This document shows, piece by piece, positions 1-7,543 of a stretch of 30,373 nucleotides of DNA. The notes under the pieces were generated by a model. The model was not told the DNA's origin, did no database searches, and saw only the letters and a list, made by a program, of their open reading frames with translations. Position 1 is the stretch's first letter; the number at the start of each line of letters is the position of its first letter. Source of the DNA: Bacillota bacterium (GTDB taxonomy: Bacteria > Bacillota_I > Bacilli_A > RFN20 > CAG-826); NCBI GenBank assembly GCA_023396795.1, contig JAEWUY010000128.1, positions 1 to 30,373 of the forward strand, written 5' to 3'. Position numbers and translations under genes: made by a program.

Positions 1-109
1 ACACTGATGTAGCTAAACTTTTCCGCGCATTAATTCGATAATTATAAAAAAATAGAGCTTTTGTTTGTCTATATTATTGCTAGAAGATTTTCTGGCTAGG
101 AGACGAATT

Positions 110-2032
110 ATGAAAGCACATAATAAAATTATACCGTTGTTCTTGTTCTTGTTATTGCCAATTACCCTTTTATCAGGATGCGAAGGCCATAATTTTGATG
201 GTCTCATTCAACAAACAAACATCCATAGTGTTGGTTCCAAAGCCAAAATGTCATCTTTATTAAAAGATGCTGCAGATAATTCTGATTTTCGAACAAACGG
301 ATGGGGAGTCGGCATGGAAGGGGATGTCGCAACGTCAGAAGACGCTGAAAGCGAGCCACGCGACTATGTCGACACAAATGAACAAGTCGAAGGCGTCAAA
401 GAGGGCGATATTGTTAAAACCGATGGTACGGAAATCTATTATGCGCCTCGCTATCATAATGTTATTCGCGTTGTGACGGTGGAAAATAATTTTGATGTTA
501 CCTTAGAAAGAACAATCGACTTAGAAAACACGTATGTTGATTCTTTATACTTGCTTGAAGATTATTTAGTCGTTGTTGGTTACACATTTCCAGAAGTTGA
601 AGACGATTACGATGAAGAATATATGTATTATCGGTGGTGGTCACCAACAGGGACGGTATTAATTATTGATCGCTGTAATTATGAAATTGTTTATGAATTA
701 TTAATTGATAGTTACTTCTTAGATCATCGTATTATTGACAATAGTATCTTTCTTGTTAGCCATAAATATGTTTATTATGGCGATGTTGAATATGAATACC
801 GTCCAACATATAGCCAGACTCGTAATGGGATTACGACTATCGAGTATTTGGATTTCGCCAGCATTTACTATTTTGACGATACACCAGCTTATGGTATGAA
901 TGTTTTAACGGGCATAAAAGTTGCCGATTCTGTCGAAGACATCACTTATACTTCAAAAGGTTATTTAGGTGCCTCTTCTTATTATAAGAATATGTATGTT
1001 AATCGCACTGATTTATACCTAATTGAAACAACATATGTTTATCAAGAAAACTCTTATTACACGACATCGACAATTAGCCAGTTCAATTTAGATATTTCCT
1101 CATCTTCAAGCACATTTATCGCTGCGGTTATTGTTTTGGGGGCTTCACTTAATCAGTTTTCGATGGATGTCTATGACGGCTATCTTCGGGTGGCGACGAC
1201 TGATCGACGTTCCAGCTGGACAATTATGGACTCATTGTTTGGCTGGATAAGTGAAACAAGCGTTAGCAATCACCTCTTTGTTTTACAAAGCGATGGCGAT
1301 AAACAAACCTTTAATTTAATCGGTCACTTAAGCGAAGGACTCGGTAAGCCAGGAGAAGACATTAAATCGGTTCGTTTTGATAAAGAATCGGCCTATGTTG
1401 TCACTTTCCTTATTACTGACCCCTTGTATGTCATTGATCTTTCGAATCCAGCTCTTCCGCTTATTGCCGGAGAAATAATTCAAGAAGGATTTGATACATA
1501 CACTCATGTCTGGGGGGAAGGAAACCTTATTGGCATTGGCTATGACGCAGATGAAAATGGTTCGATCACCGGCATGAAAATTAGTGCTTACAATGTAAAC
1601 GTAGATGAAGAAGAAGTTATTCAAACGTTTAATATCTATTCTTACGATGTATCAGGCGAATCAAGTTGGACCTATGGTTTCTCCGAAGCCTTGTATAATC
1701 ATAAATCAATTCTTGTGAGTGTCGATAAAGGCTACCTCGGCTTTGCCGTTGAAGCATATGAATACGGATACGCAAATAGCGAAAGCGGACGCGATTGGTA
1801 CTATCGATATCATAGTTATTACTATTTATTCAAGATTGATTTTAGCATTGAAAATCCAATTCAAGAGCCAGTCATTATTGAGCACCAAGTTTCTGAAGAA
1901 TACTATCTTGGCGTTGATCGTGGCGTCATGATCGAAGATTATCTTTATACTTTTTCGGATTTAGGAATCATTACCTATTCACTCATCGATGAGGCGATTA
2001 TTGAACCACCATTCTATTTTGAAACAATTTAA
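110..2032 (+). CDS. Secreted beta-propeller domain lipoprotein (Beta_propel, PF09826-like)
   Basis: ATG at 110 follows an AGGAG RBS (the ORF track's TTG at 65 is less likely). Lipobox LLSG|C after a hydrophobic signal. Family motifs TNEQVEGVKEGDIVKTDG, NQFSMDVYDGYLRVATT, GEDIKSVRF, YVVTF..TDPLYVIDLSNP. Confidence 0.82.
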   Translation: MKAHNKIIPLFLFLLLPITLLSGCEGHNFDGLIQQTNIHSVGSKAKMSSLLKDAADNSDFRTNGWGVGMEGDVATSEDAESEPRDYVDTNEQVEGVKEGDIVKTDGTEIYYAPRYHNVIRVVTVENNFDVTLERTIDLENTYVDSLYLLEDYLVVVGYTFPEVEDDYDEEYMYYRWWSPTGTVLIIDRCNYEIVYELLIDSYFLDHRIIDNSIFLVSHKYVYYGDVEYEYRPTYSQTRNGITTIEYLDFASIYYFDDTPAYGMNVLTGIKVADSVEDITYTSKGYLGASSYYKNMYVNRTDLYLIETTYVYQENSYYTTSTISQFNLDISSSSSTFIAAVIVLGASLNQFSMDVYDGYLRVATTDRRSSWTIMDSLFGWISETSVSNHLFVLQSDGDKQTFNLIGHLSEGLGKPGEDIKSVRFDKESAYVVTFLITDPLYVIDLSNPALPLIAGEIIQEGFDTYTHVWGEGNLIGIGYDADENGSITGMKISAYNVNVDEEEVIQTFNIYSYDVSGESSWTYGFSEALYNHKSILVSVDKGYLGFAVEAYEYGYANSESGRDWYYRYHSYYYLFKIDFSIENPIQEPVIIEHQVSEEYYLGVDRGVMIEDYLYTFSDLGIITYSLIDEAIIEPPFYFETI

Positions 2033-2033
2033 C

Positions 2034-2058
2034 AAGCGGGGCGACCCGCTTTTTCTTT
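2034..2058 (+). terminator. Rho-independent terminator
   Basis: AAGCGGG-gcga-CCCGCTT hairpin followed by TTTCTTT, immediately after the stop at 2032. Confidence 0.85.
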
Positions 2059-2110
2059 AAAAATTAACGTCTTGTTTACGAAAATAACTATTTTTGTTTC
2101 GCGGGTTTAG

Positions 2111-2139
2111 TTGATGTAATCATAGTAAACATCTATACT
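2111..2139 (+). promoter_or_regulatory. Putative sigma-A promoter for pgm-manA
   Basis: TTGATG (2111-2116), 17-bp spacer, TATACT (2134-2139), upstream of a GAGGG RBS and ATG 2177. Confidence 0.55.
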
Positions 2140-2176
2140 TTTATTAGATGGATTAAACGCTAGAGGGCGCAAAAAT

Positions 2177-3880
2177 ATGTTAAGTGATATAGAAAAATGG
2201 TTAGCTCAAGCTAATCTTGATGCTAAGTTGCGAACTGAACTCGAAAACCTTGACGAAAAAGGACGTTTTGAGGCATTTGGAGATGACGTGGCATTTGGCA
2301 CAGGGGGTATACGTGGCATCATGGGTGTTGGCACGAATCGCCTGAATATTTACACAATTCGCAAAGCAACCCTGGGTTTTGCTAATTATATTAAAGAGAA
2401 TTACACTAGTCGTCCTTATAGCCTTCATAACGTCGTAATTGCCTACGACACACGCAATAATTCACGATTATTTGCAGAAGAAGCCGCCCGTGTTTTAGCG
2501 AGCCAAAACATTCATGTTTGGCTCTTTGATGAATTCCGACCGACTCCAGAGTTATCCTTTGCCGTTCGATATTTACGAGCTGACGGCGGTATCGTCATTA
2601 CAGCTAGTCATAATCCTCCAGAATATAATGGTTACAAAGTATATGATGAAAACGGCTGTCAACTTGTACCAAGAAAAGCCGATAAGGTTGGACTTGCAAT
2701 AACGAAAGTCAGCAATGTTTTCGATTTAAAACTAGACACAATTGAACAATATATAAATCGGGGATCGGTTAGTATTTTAGAAAAGTACTTTGACGATAAA
2801 TATTTGATGGCTGTTCGTTTCGTTTCTTGTCAAGCCGTTGACAAAGATAATTTTAAAATTGTTTATACACCGTTACACGGCACAGGTTCGGCATTTGGCG
2901 CGACCTTGTTACGCGAAGGTGGCTATAACGTATATACCGTTGAAGAACAAATGCTACCTGATGGATATTTTAGCACGCTTAAATCTCCTAATCCTGAAGA
3001 CCCGCTGGCGTTTGCATTAGCAGAAGAACTCGGTCATAAGATAGGCGCTAATTTACTGTTGGCAACCGATCCCGATGCCGATCGAGTTGGAGCCGGAATA
3101 CTTGTTGGGGACAAATATCATTTTCTTAACGGCAACGAAATGGCAGCCATCATTTTTGATTATTTAATCAAATATGGAGTGCGAATTCGTCAACCGGTTT
3201 TTATCTCAACAATCGTTACTAGTGATCTTGTTTTTGAAATGGCCAAGCGTAATGAGATTGAGGCGCTTCGCACTTTAACTGGCTTTAAGTTTATATGCGA
3301 ACAAATCGAATACATTAAACAAGATCGCAAAGATTTCTTTTTTGGTTGCGAAGAGTCATATGGCTATTTAATTAGTGATTTAGTTCGTGATAAAGACGCT
3401 TTTCAAGCATGTCTGATTATTTCTGAGATTGTTGCTTTCTACCATCAACAAGGTCGTAATCTTTTGTCCGTTCTTGATGATATATATCGTGATTATGGCT
3501 ATTACAAAGAGAAATTAATCAGTATTAAATCTCCTGGCATTGATGGCATAAAAAACATTGCTCGTTTCATGGAAAATCTTCGCCATAACAAACTTAAAAA
3601 AATCGGCAATGAAAAAGTTTTAAGAATTGAAGATTATTTAACGCATCAAGCTGAAAACAGTGATGGTTCCAAAGAAGTTATTAATTTGCCTTCTTCGGAT
3701 GTTTTAAAATACATTATCAGTGATGGATGGATTGTATTTCGACCTTCAGGAACCGAACCTAAGTTAAAAGTTTATCTTTCTCTTCATGGCGAAAACGAGC
3801 AAGATATAAAAGCAACACTTGACACCATGGAAGTTAGTGTCAAACAACTTTTAAAAGAAAAAGGACTTATTAATGAGTAA
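2177..3880 (+). CDS. pgm: Phosphoglucomutase/phosphomannomutase (alpha-D-phosphohexomutase)
   Basis: FGTGGIRG, catalytic-Ser loop ITASHNPPEYNGYK, metal loop DPDADR, sugar loop GCEESYG, phosphate loop RPSGTEPKLK. Confidence 0.93.
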   Translation: MLSDIEKWLAQANLDAKLRTELENLDEKGRFEAFGDDVAFGTGGIRGIMGVGTNRLNIYTIRKATLGFANYIKENYTSRPYSLHNVVIAYDTRNNSRLFAEEAARVLASQNIHVWLFDEFRPTPELSFAVRYLRADGGIVITASHNPPEYNGYKVYDENGCQLVPRKADKVGLAITKVSNVFDLKLDTIEQYINRGSVSILEKYFDDKYLMAVRFVSCQAVDKDNFKIVYTPLHGTGSAFGATLLREGGYNVYTVEEQMLPDGYFSTLKSPNPEDPLAFALAEELGHKIGANLLLATDPDADRVGAGILVGDKYHFLNGNEMAAIIFDYLIKYGVRIRQPVFISTIVTSDLVFEMAKRNEIEALRTLTGFKFICEQIEYIKQDRKDFFFGCEESYGYLISDLVRDKDAFQACLIISEIVAFYHQQGRNLLSVLDDIYRDYGYYKEKLISIKSPGIDGIKNIARFMENLRHNKLKKIGNEKVLRIEDYLTHQAENSDGSKEVINLPSSDVLKYIISDGWIVFRPSGTEPKLKVYLSLHGENEQDIKATLDTMEVSVKQLLKEKGLINE

Positions 3881-4826
3881 ACAATTACCACGCCTCAATG
3901 TTATTAAATTGGCTCCTGTGCAAGTTGAAAGAATTTGGGGCGGAACATGGTTGCGTGAACAATTTGGATTCAAAACCAAAAGTGAAAATATCGGCGAAAC
4001 GTGGGTGATTTCCGCACATCCCAGCGGAAATTGTCGTGTTTTAAACCACTTATATTACAAAATGACTCTTAGCGAATTATACGCTAAAAGGCGCGATTTA
4101 TTTGCTTTTGATAAAAATGAAAAGTTTCCGCTTTTAGTTAAACTGATTGACGCAAAGGATGATTTAAGTGTTCAGGTTCATCCAGGGAATGAGTATGCTC
4201 AAAAACATGAAAAGCAAAGTGGCAAATCGGAAGCTTGGGTTATTTTAAACACTAAACCTGGAACGCGAATTTTAGTCGGACATAGTGCGAAAACGCGCGA
4301 AGAACTACGTGATTTAATCTATCAAGGTGAATGGAATAAATTACTTTCTTATCGCCCTCTTGAAATAGGTGAAATTGTCAATATTCCGAGTGGTACTTTG
4401 CATGCTATTTGTGCAGGAACATCCTTAATTGAAATTCAGCAGTCTTCGGATGTCACATACCGTGTTTATGATTATGATCGAGTTGATGGTAATGGGCACA
4501 AACGCGAACTCCACCTTGATAAATCAATTGATGTTATTGATGTTCCTCATGTTACGCCTCCGATTCGAAAGGTTCCTATCTCACAAAAGAAAAATTATCT
4601 TCAAGAATTACTTTTGACTCCACATTTCACTATCAATTCGTTAATAGTTGATAAATGTTTTTCGTTTAGCAACGAAGCTGAAAAGTATTATCTTGTGACT
4701 GTCATCGATGGTACTGGCAAAATCGGAGCGTTTAACGCCAAAAAGGGAGATAGCTTTATTATCACCTCTTTAGTTAAAAAACTTAAAATTCAAGGTTGTT
4801 TGAATCTTATTATCGCCAATACATAA
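3873..4826 (+). CDS. manA: Mannose-6-phosphate isomerase, class I
   Basis: RIWGG, GETWVISAHP, PLLVKLIDAKDDLSVQVHP, GKSEAW, GTLHAI, EIQQSSDVTYRVYDYDR. Overlaps pgm by 8 nt. Confidence 0.93.
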   Translation: MSKQLPRLNVIKLAPVQVERIWGGTWLREQFGFKTKSENIGETWVISAHPSGNCRVLNHLYYKMTLSELYAKRRDLFAFDKNEKFPLLVKLIDAKDDLSVQVHPGNEYAQKHEKQSGKSEAWVILNTKPGTRILVGHSAKTREELRDLIYQGEWNKLLSYRPLEIGEIVNIPSGTLHAICAGTSLIEIQQSSDVTYRVYDYDRVDGNGHKRELHLDKSIDVIDVPHVTPPIRKVPISQKKNYLQELLLTPHFTINSLIVDKCFSFSNEAEKYYLVTVIDGTGKIGAFNAKKGDSFIITSLVKKLKIQGCLNLIIANT

Positions 4827-4880
4827 AGTAAACTCACTGTAATGATTATTGATTGTTTTTTAATAAATGTTTTTAAACTT

Positions 4881-4909
4881 TTGATTAATTTTAATTTAGT
4901 CGTTAAGAT
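4881..4909 (+). promoter_or_regulatory. Putative sigma-A promoter of the degraded sugar operon
   Basis: TTGATT (4881-4886), 17-bp spacer, TAAGAT (4904-4909). GGAGGA RBS follows at 4963-4968. Confidence 0.5.
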
Positions 4910-4973
4910 ATTATTGGTTAAAAGTAATATTAACTTTTTCAAATATCATGTTTTTTGATTATGGAGGACGGTT

Positions 4974-5056
4974 ATGGCAAAAGTAACACTTGATTCAATC
5001 GCCTTAAAAATGGGGTCAGTACTGTGGCCGTTTTTAAAGCTTTGAACAACTTATAA
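4974..5056 (+). pseudogene. LacI-family regulator remnant (HTH only, frameshifted and truncated)
   Basis: After a GGAGGA RBS the frame reads MAKVTLDSIALKMG. Restoring one base in the G run at 5012-5015 continues VSTVAVFKALNN, a typical LacI HTH (xTLxDIAxxxGVSxxTVSxALN). Stops at 5043 and 5054 in the two frames. Not in the ORF track. Confidence 0.75.
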
Positions 5057-5282
5057 CGATGTTGCAGCCGTCGCTGGTGTCGAAGTTCAAGCTCCAGGTT
5101 TAACAAATAACACTATTTCGCGACTTAAAGGCAGTTCCGACGTTTCATTAAATGATTCAGTTTTACCATCTTCAACTGAAGAGCAAACGATTATTTGGTC
5201 ATCCGATAATAGTCAAATCGCTTCTATCACCGCGACAGGAATCCTTTCTTTTGTTGATGTTGGTCGGGCGATTATTACCGCT
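5049..5282 (+). pseudogene. Internal fragment of a surface protein (bacterial Ig-like Big_2 domain)
   Basis: Frame without a start codon: TYNDVAAVAGVEVQAPGLTNNTISRLKGSSDVSLNDSVLPSSTEEQTIIWSSDNSQIASITATGILSFVDVGRAIITA. It matches the Big_2 pattern (VLP...WSSDN..IASI...G....G.A.ITA) also seen in the nucleases of this window. Confidence 0.68.
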
Positions 5283-5540
5283 ATTCTTCTTTATTTTGTC
5301 GGCACTTATAACGATTTGTACGGCCCAGCATTATATATTAGCGATAAATCGAATTGGGTCATGGCTAATAGCATTACTATTTTTGAGAATCTTTATCAAA
5401 GCGGATCAAGCTCGTATATCGTGCCATGGAATAATGTTTCAGTAGCCACGTTGATTGCGATGATTCCCGTCGTTTTATTATTTGCCTTATTACAAAAACA
5501 GTTCATGCAGAGTGTCGCCGGTACCGGCATCAAGGGGTAG
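5271..5540 (+). pseudogene. C-terminal fragment of a carbohydrate ABC transporter permease (MalG/UgpE-like)
   Basis: IITAILLYFVGTYNDLYGPALYI...WNNVSVATLIAMIPVVLLFALLQKQFMQSVAGTGIKG* has the MalG-type ending (F..xWND..P...IPxxxxFxxxQKxFxxG...GxKG). The N-terminal part is absent and the fragment is in frame with the Big_2 fragment. Confidence 0.8.
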
Positions 5541-5544
5541 AAAT

Positions 5545-6471
5545 ATGCAAAAAATTAACTTAAATGCTTTTATTGAAAAACACCGTAGTCATTCAGGTAT
5601 CATTCAAACAAAAAAGATTAATTTTCATGGATTTAGTGGTTATGACGTCTATAACATTTCACAAGCCTTTGTTTTCAAAGGCAAACGTTACATTGCCGGA
5701 CGCGTTGAAAAACGCGAGAGCGAGATTTCCGTAAGTGTCATCTTTGAGCAAATCGCACCCTTTGACTATATGGCTACAAAGTGGCGGTTTAACAATCTTC
5801 AAGATCCCTTCGTTGAAATTATCGATGGGCAAATTCTTTTGGGAGGTACGGAAATATATCCTGATGAAAACGCGCACATTACTTCGTGGCGAACGGTCTT
5901 TTATTTCGGAGCGGATTTTGATGCGCTTAAGAAAATAATCAAGGCTCCCCTAAAAATGAAAGATGTCCGGCTTACAAAAGGTGAAAAATACTATGTGATG
6001 AGTCGTCCGCAGGGCGGAATCGCTGCCTATGGGAAGATTGGCTTTCAAGCCGCTGATAAACTTTGTGATATTACGACAGAATTTATCGCTAATTCGCCGT
6101 TAATCGAAGATTTATTCGACGATAAAGTGTGGGGCGGGGCAAATCAAATCTTAGTCTTAAAAAATGGTTTATTAGGCGTTTTAGGCCATGTGGCGATTAT
6201 GAGTGAAGGCAATGTTCACCATTATTACGGCATGACTTTTGCTTTGAACCCTCAAACCGGAAAGCGCAGTGAGATGAAAATTATTGCCGAAAAGCAAGAC
6301 TTTGGTCAAAGCGAATATAAACGGCCTGATTTAATTGATGTTATTTTTGTCGGTGGTATCGTGCGTCACGATAATGGAACCGCCAGTTTATATACTGGTT
6401 TATCTGATGCCGAAGGACACTTAGCGCTAATTGAAGATCCCTTTTTAGAATATGAGGAGATGAAAATTTAA
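5545..6471 (+). CDS. DUF1861 family protein; GT108/MTP-like beta-1,2-mannosyltransferase/phosphorylase
   Basis: ATG 5545 follows an AAGGGG RBS. Motifs DVYN, GRVEKR, LQDPFV, MKDVRL, SRPQG, WGGANQ, GVLGH, RPDLIDVIFVGG, LYTGLSD. Intact, 308 aa. Confidence 0.83.
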   Translation: MQKINLNAFIEKHRSHSGIIQTKKINFHGFSGYDVYNISQAFVFKGKRYIAGRVEKRESEISVSVIFEQIAPFDYMATKWRFNNLQDPFVEIIDGQILLGGTEIYPDENAHITSWRTVFYFGADFDALKKIIKAPLKMKDVRLTKGEKYYVMSRPQGGIAAYGKIGFQAADKLCDITTEFIANSPLIEDLFDDKVWGGANQILVLKNGLLGVLGHVAIMSEGNVHHYYGMTFALNPQTGKRSEMKIIAEKQDFGQSEYKRPDLIDVIFVGGIVRHDNGTASLYTGLSDAEGHLALIEDPFLEYEEMKI

Positions 6472-6671
6472 TGAAGAAAAAAGGTTACTCGTTATTAGCA
6501 ACGGCGATAATTGCTGTTTCACTAATTAGTGGTTGCAATGAGCAAAGCTTTATATCGCCAATTAATGCCGAATTTGATTTCGACATTCTTAACGATGTCA
6601 CCTTTGAAATAAAGGCTGATGCCACAAATATTTCTCACCTCGACGGGTATAATATCGCTGATGGCGACTGA
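6471..6671 (+). pseudogene. Truncated lipoprotein (signal peptide II plus start of an X2-like Ig domain)
   Basis: Coupled to the previous gene via TAATG. MKKKGYSLLATAIIAVSLISG|C lipobox, then ISPINAEFDFDILNDVTFEI...GYNIADGD, resembling the start of an X2 module, ending abruptly at TGA 6669. Confidence 0.62.
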
Positions 6672-6960
6672 ATACGCTACTCTTAGCAACGATGCCAAAG
6701 ATTATTTCACCGCAAGCGGAACTACGGAAAGTACAGTCGTAGCAGCTCGGGAAAGATATCTCTTTATTGTTGGTAAATACACATCATTAGGCAAATTTGT
6801 TGTTAATAGTGAAAATGTTGTCTATCAAGGTGCATCAGATATTATCGGTTATGACGTTGGTGAAGCATCAAGAATTATTTTAATAATTGTCGTTGGTGTA
6901 ATGGTTTTATCAACAGGAGCCTTCTTCCTTATTTCAAGACGTCGTAAAGAAACAGCATAA
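6661..6960 (+). pseudogene. C-terminal fragment of a surface-anchored protein carrying the module shared with the three nucleases
   Basis: ATEYATLSNDAKDYF...VVAARERYLFIVGKYTSLGKFV...TM...RRRKETA aligns by eye with the C-terminus of 19865..23098 (NEYGYMASSSKDTF...AAIERYQFIINKYQLENFI...TM...KKKR). No RBS or signal peptide. Confidence 0.72.
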
Positions 6961-6978
6961 TTTCTAATACTTATCATT

Positions 6979-7006
6979 AAGCCGCGTAAATGCGGCTTTT
7001 CTTTTT
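6979..7006 (+). terminator. Rho-independent terminator of the sugar operon
   Basis: AAGCCGCG-taaa-TGCGGCTT hairpin followed by TTCTTTTT. Confidence 0.8.
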
Positions 7007-7017
7007 AAAGCGTAAAT

Positions 7018-7036
7018 AAAAAAACGCCCATAGGCG
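7018..7036 (-). terminator. Small terminator downstream of tRNA-Gly
   Basis: Minus strand CGCC-tatg-GGCG followed by T7. The stem is short. Confidence 0.45.
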
Positions 7037-7048
7037 AATTTTTACAAC

Positions 7049-7122
7049 TGGAGCAGGCGACGGGAATCGAACCCGCGTAATTAGCTTGGAAGGCTAATGT
7101 TCTACCATTGAACTACGCCTGC
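7049..7122 (-). tRNA. tRNA-Gly (anticodon TCC)
   Basis: Reverse complement GCAGGCGTAGTTCAATGGTAGAACATTAGCCTTCCAAGCTAATTACGCGGGTTCGATTCCCGTCGCCTGCTCCA. Acceptor stem GCAGGCG/CGCCTGC, anticodon arm TTAGC-CTTCCAA-GCTAA, T-loop GTTCGATTC, encoded CCA; 74 nt. Confidence 0.97.
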
Positions 7123-7209
7123 AAATAAAAAGGCTAACAATCTAAGCGTGGAACACGCGAATGATATATTAGCACATTTATTTTTGTGATTAAAGAGCGA
7201 ATGCGTCGC

Positions 7210-7515
7210 TTAGCCGATGAAACGGATTAAGGCTGCTTTCGGAACGAAACCAACTTGTTTGCGAGCGATTTCGCCATTCTCGAATAAAATCATCGTCGGA
7301 ATGCTGAAGATATTGTATTGGGCGGCAATGGCTTCTTGTTTATCAACGTTGACTTTGGCGATTGTTACTTTATCTCCTAGCTCTTTGCTGACGTCTTCTA
7401 AGACTGGTCCAATCATCTTGCAAGGTCCACACCAGTCGGCGTAGAAATCAACGAGGACTTTCTTTTCTTTTAAAACGGCGTCGAATTGTTCTTGGTTTTC
7501 AATGTGTTTAAGCAT
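7210..7515 (-). CDS. trxA: Thioredoxin
   Basis: 101 aa with VLVDFYADWCGPCKM, KVNVD and the SIPT cis-Pro loop. AAGGA RBS. Confidence 0.96.
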   Translation of the reverse strand: MLKHIENQEQFDAVLKEKKVLVDFYADWCGPCKMIGPVLEDVSKELGDKVTIAKVNVDKQEAIAAQYNIFSIPTMILFENGEIARKQVGFVPKAALIRFIG

Positions 7516-7543
7516 AATTTATGTTTCCTTTCGTGTTTAGAAT

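Noticed and set aside
5049..5315. 12-bp direct repeat ACTTATAACGAT at 5049-5060 and 5304-5315, resembling a target duplication around the Ig fragment
   Set aside because: The second copy lies inside the permease-derived sequence (after ILLYFVG), not at the junction, and no mobile-element ends are present. Probably coincidental, although the first copy does sit at a deletion junction.
4974..5540. One continuous ORF if TGA 5043 were read as Trp (genetic code 4)
   Set aside because: TGA terminates yigZ (ATGA overlap with pepP) and the 28577..29710 gene, and no long gene contains an in-frame TGA. The product would also be a chimera of unrelated fragments.
4830..7122. Genomic island integrated at the tRNA-Gly 3' end
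   Set aside because: No integrase and no duplicated tRNA 3' end (att site) was seen in the window.
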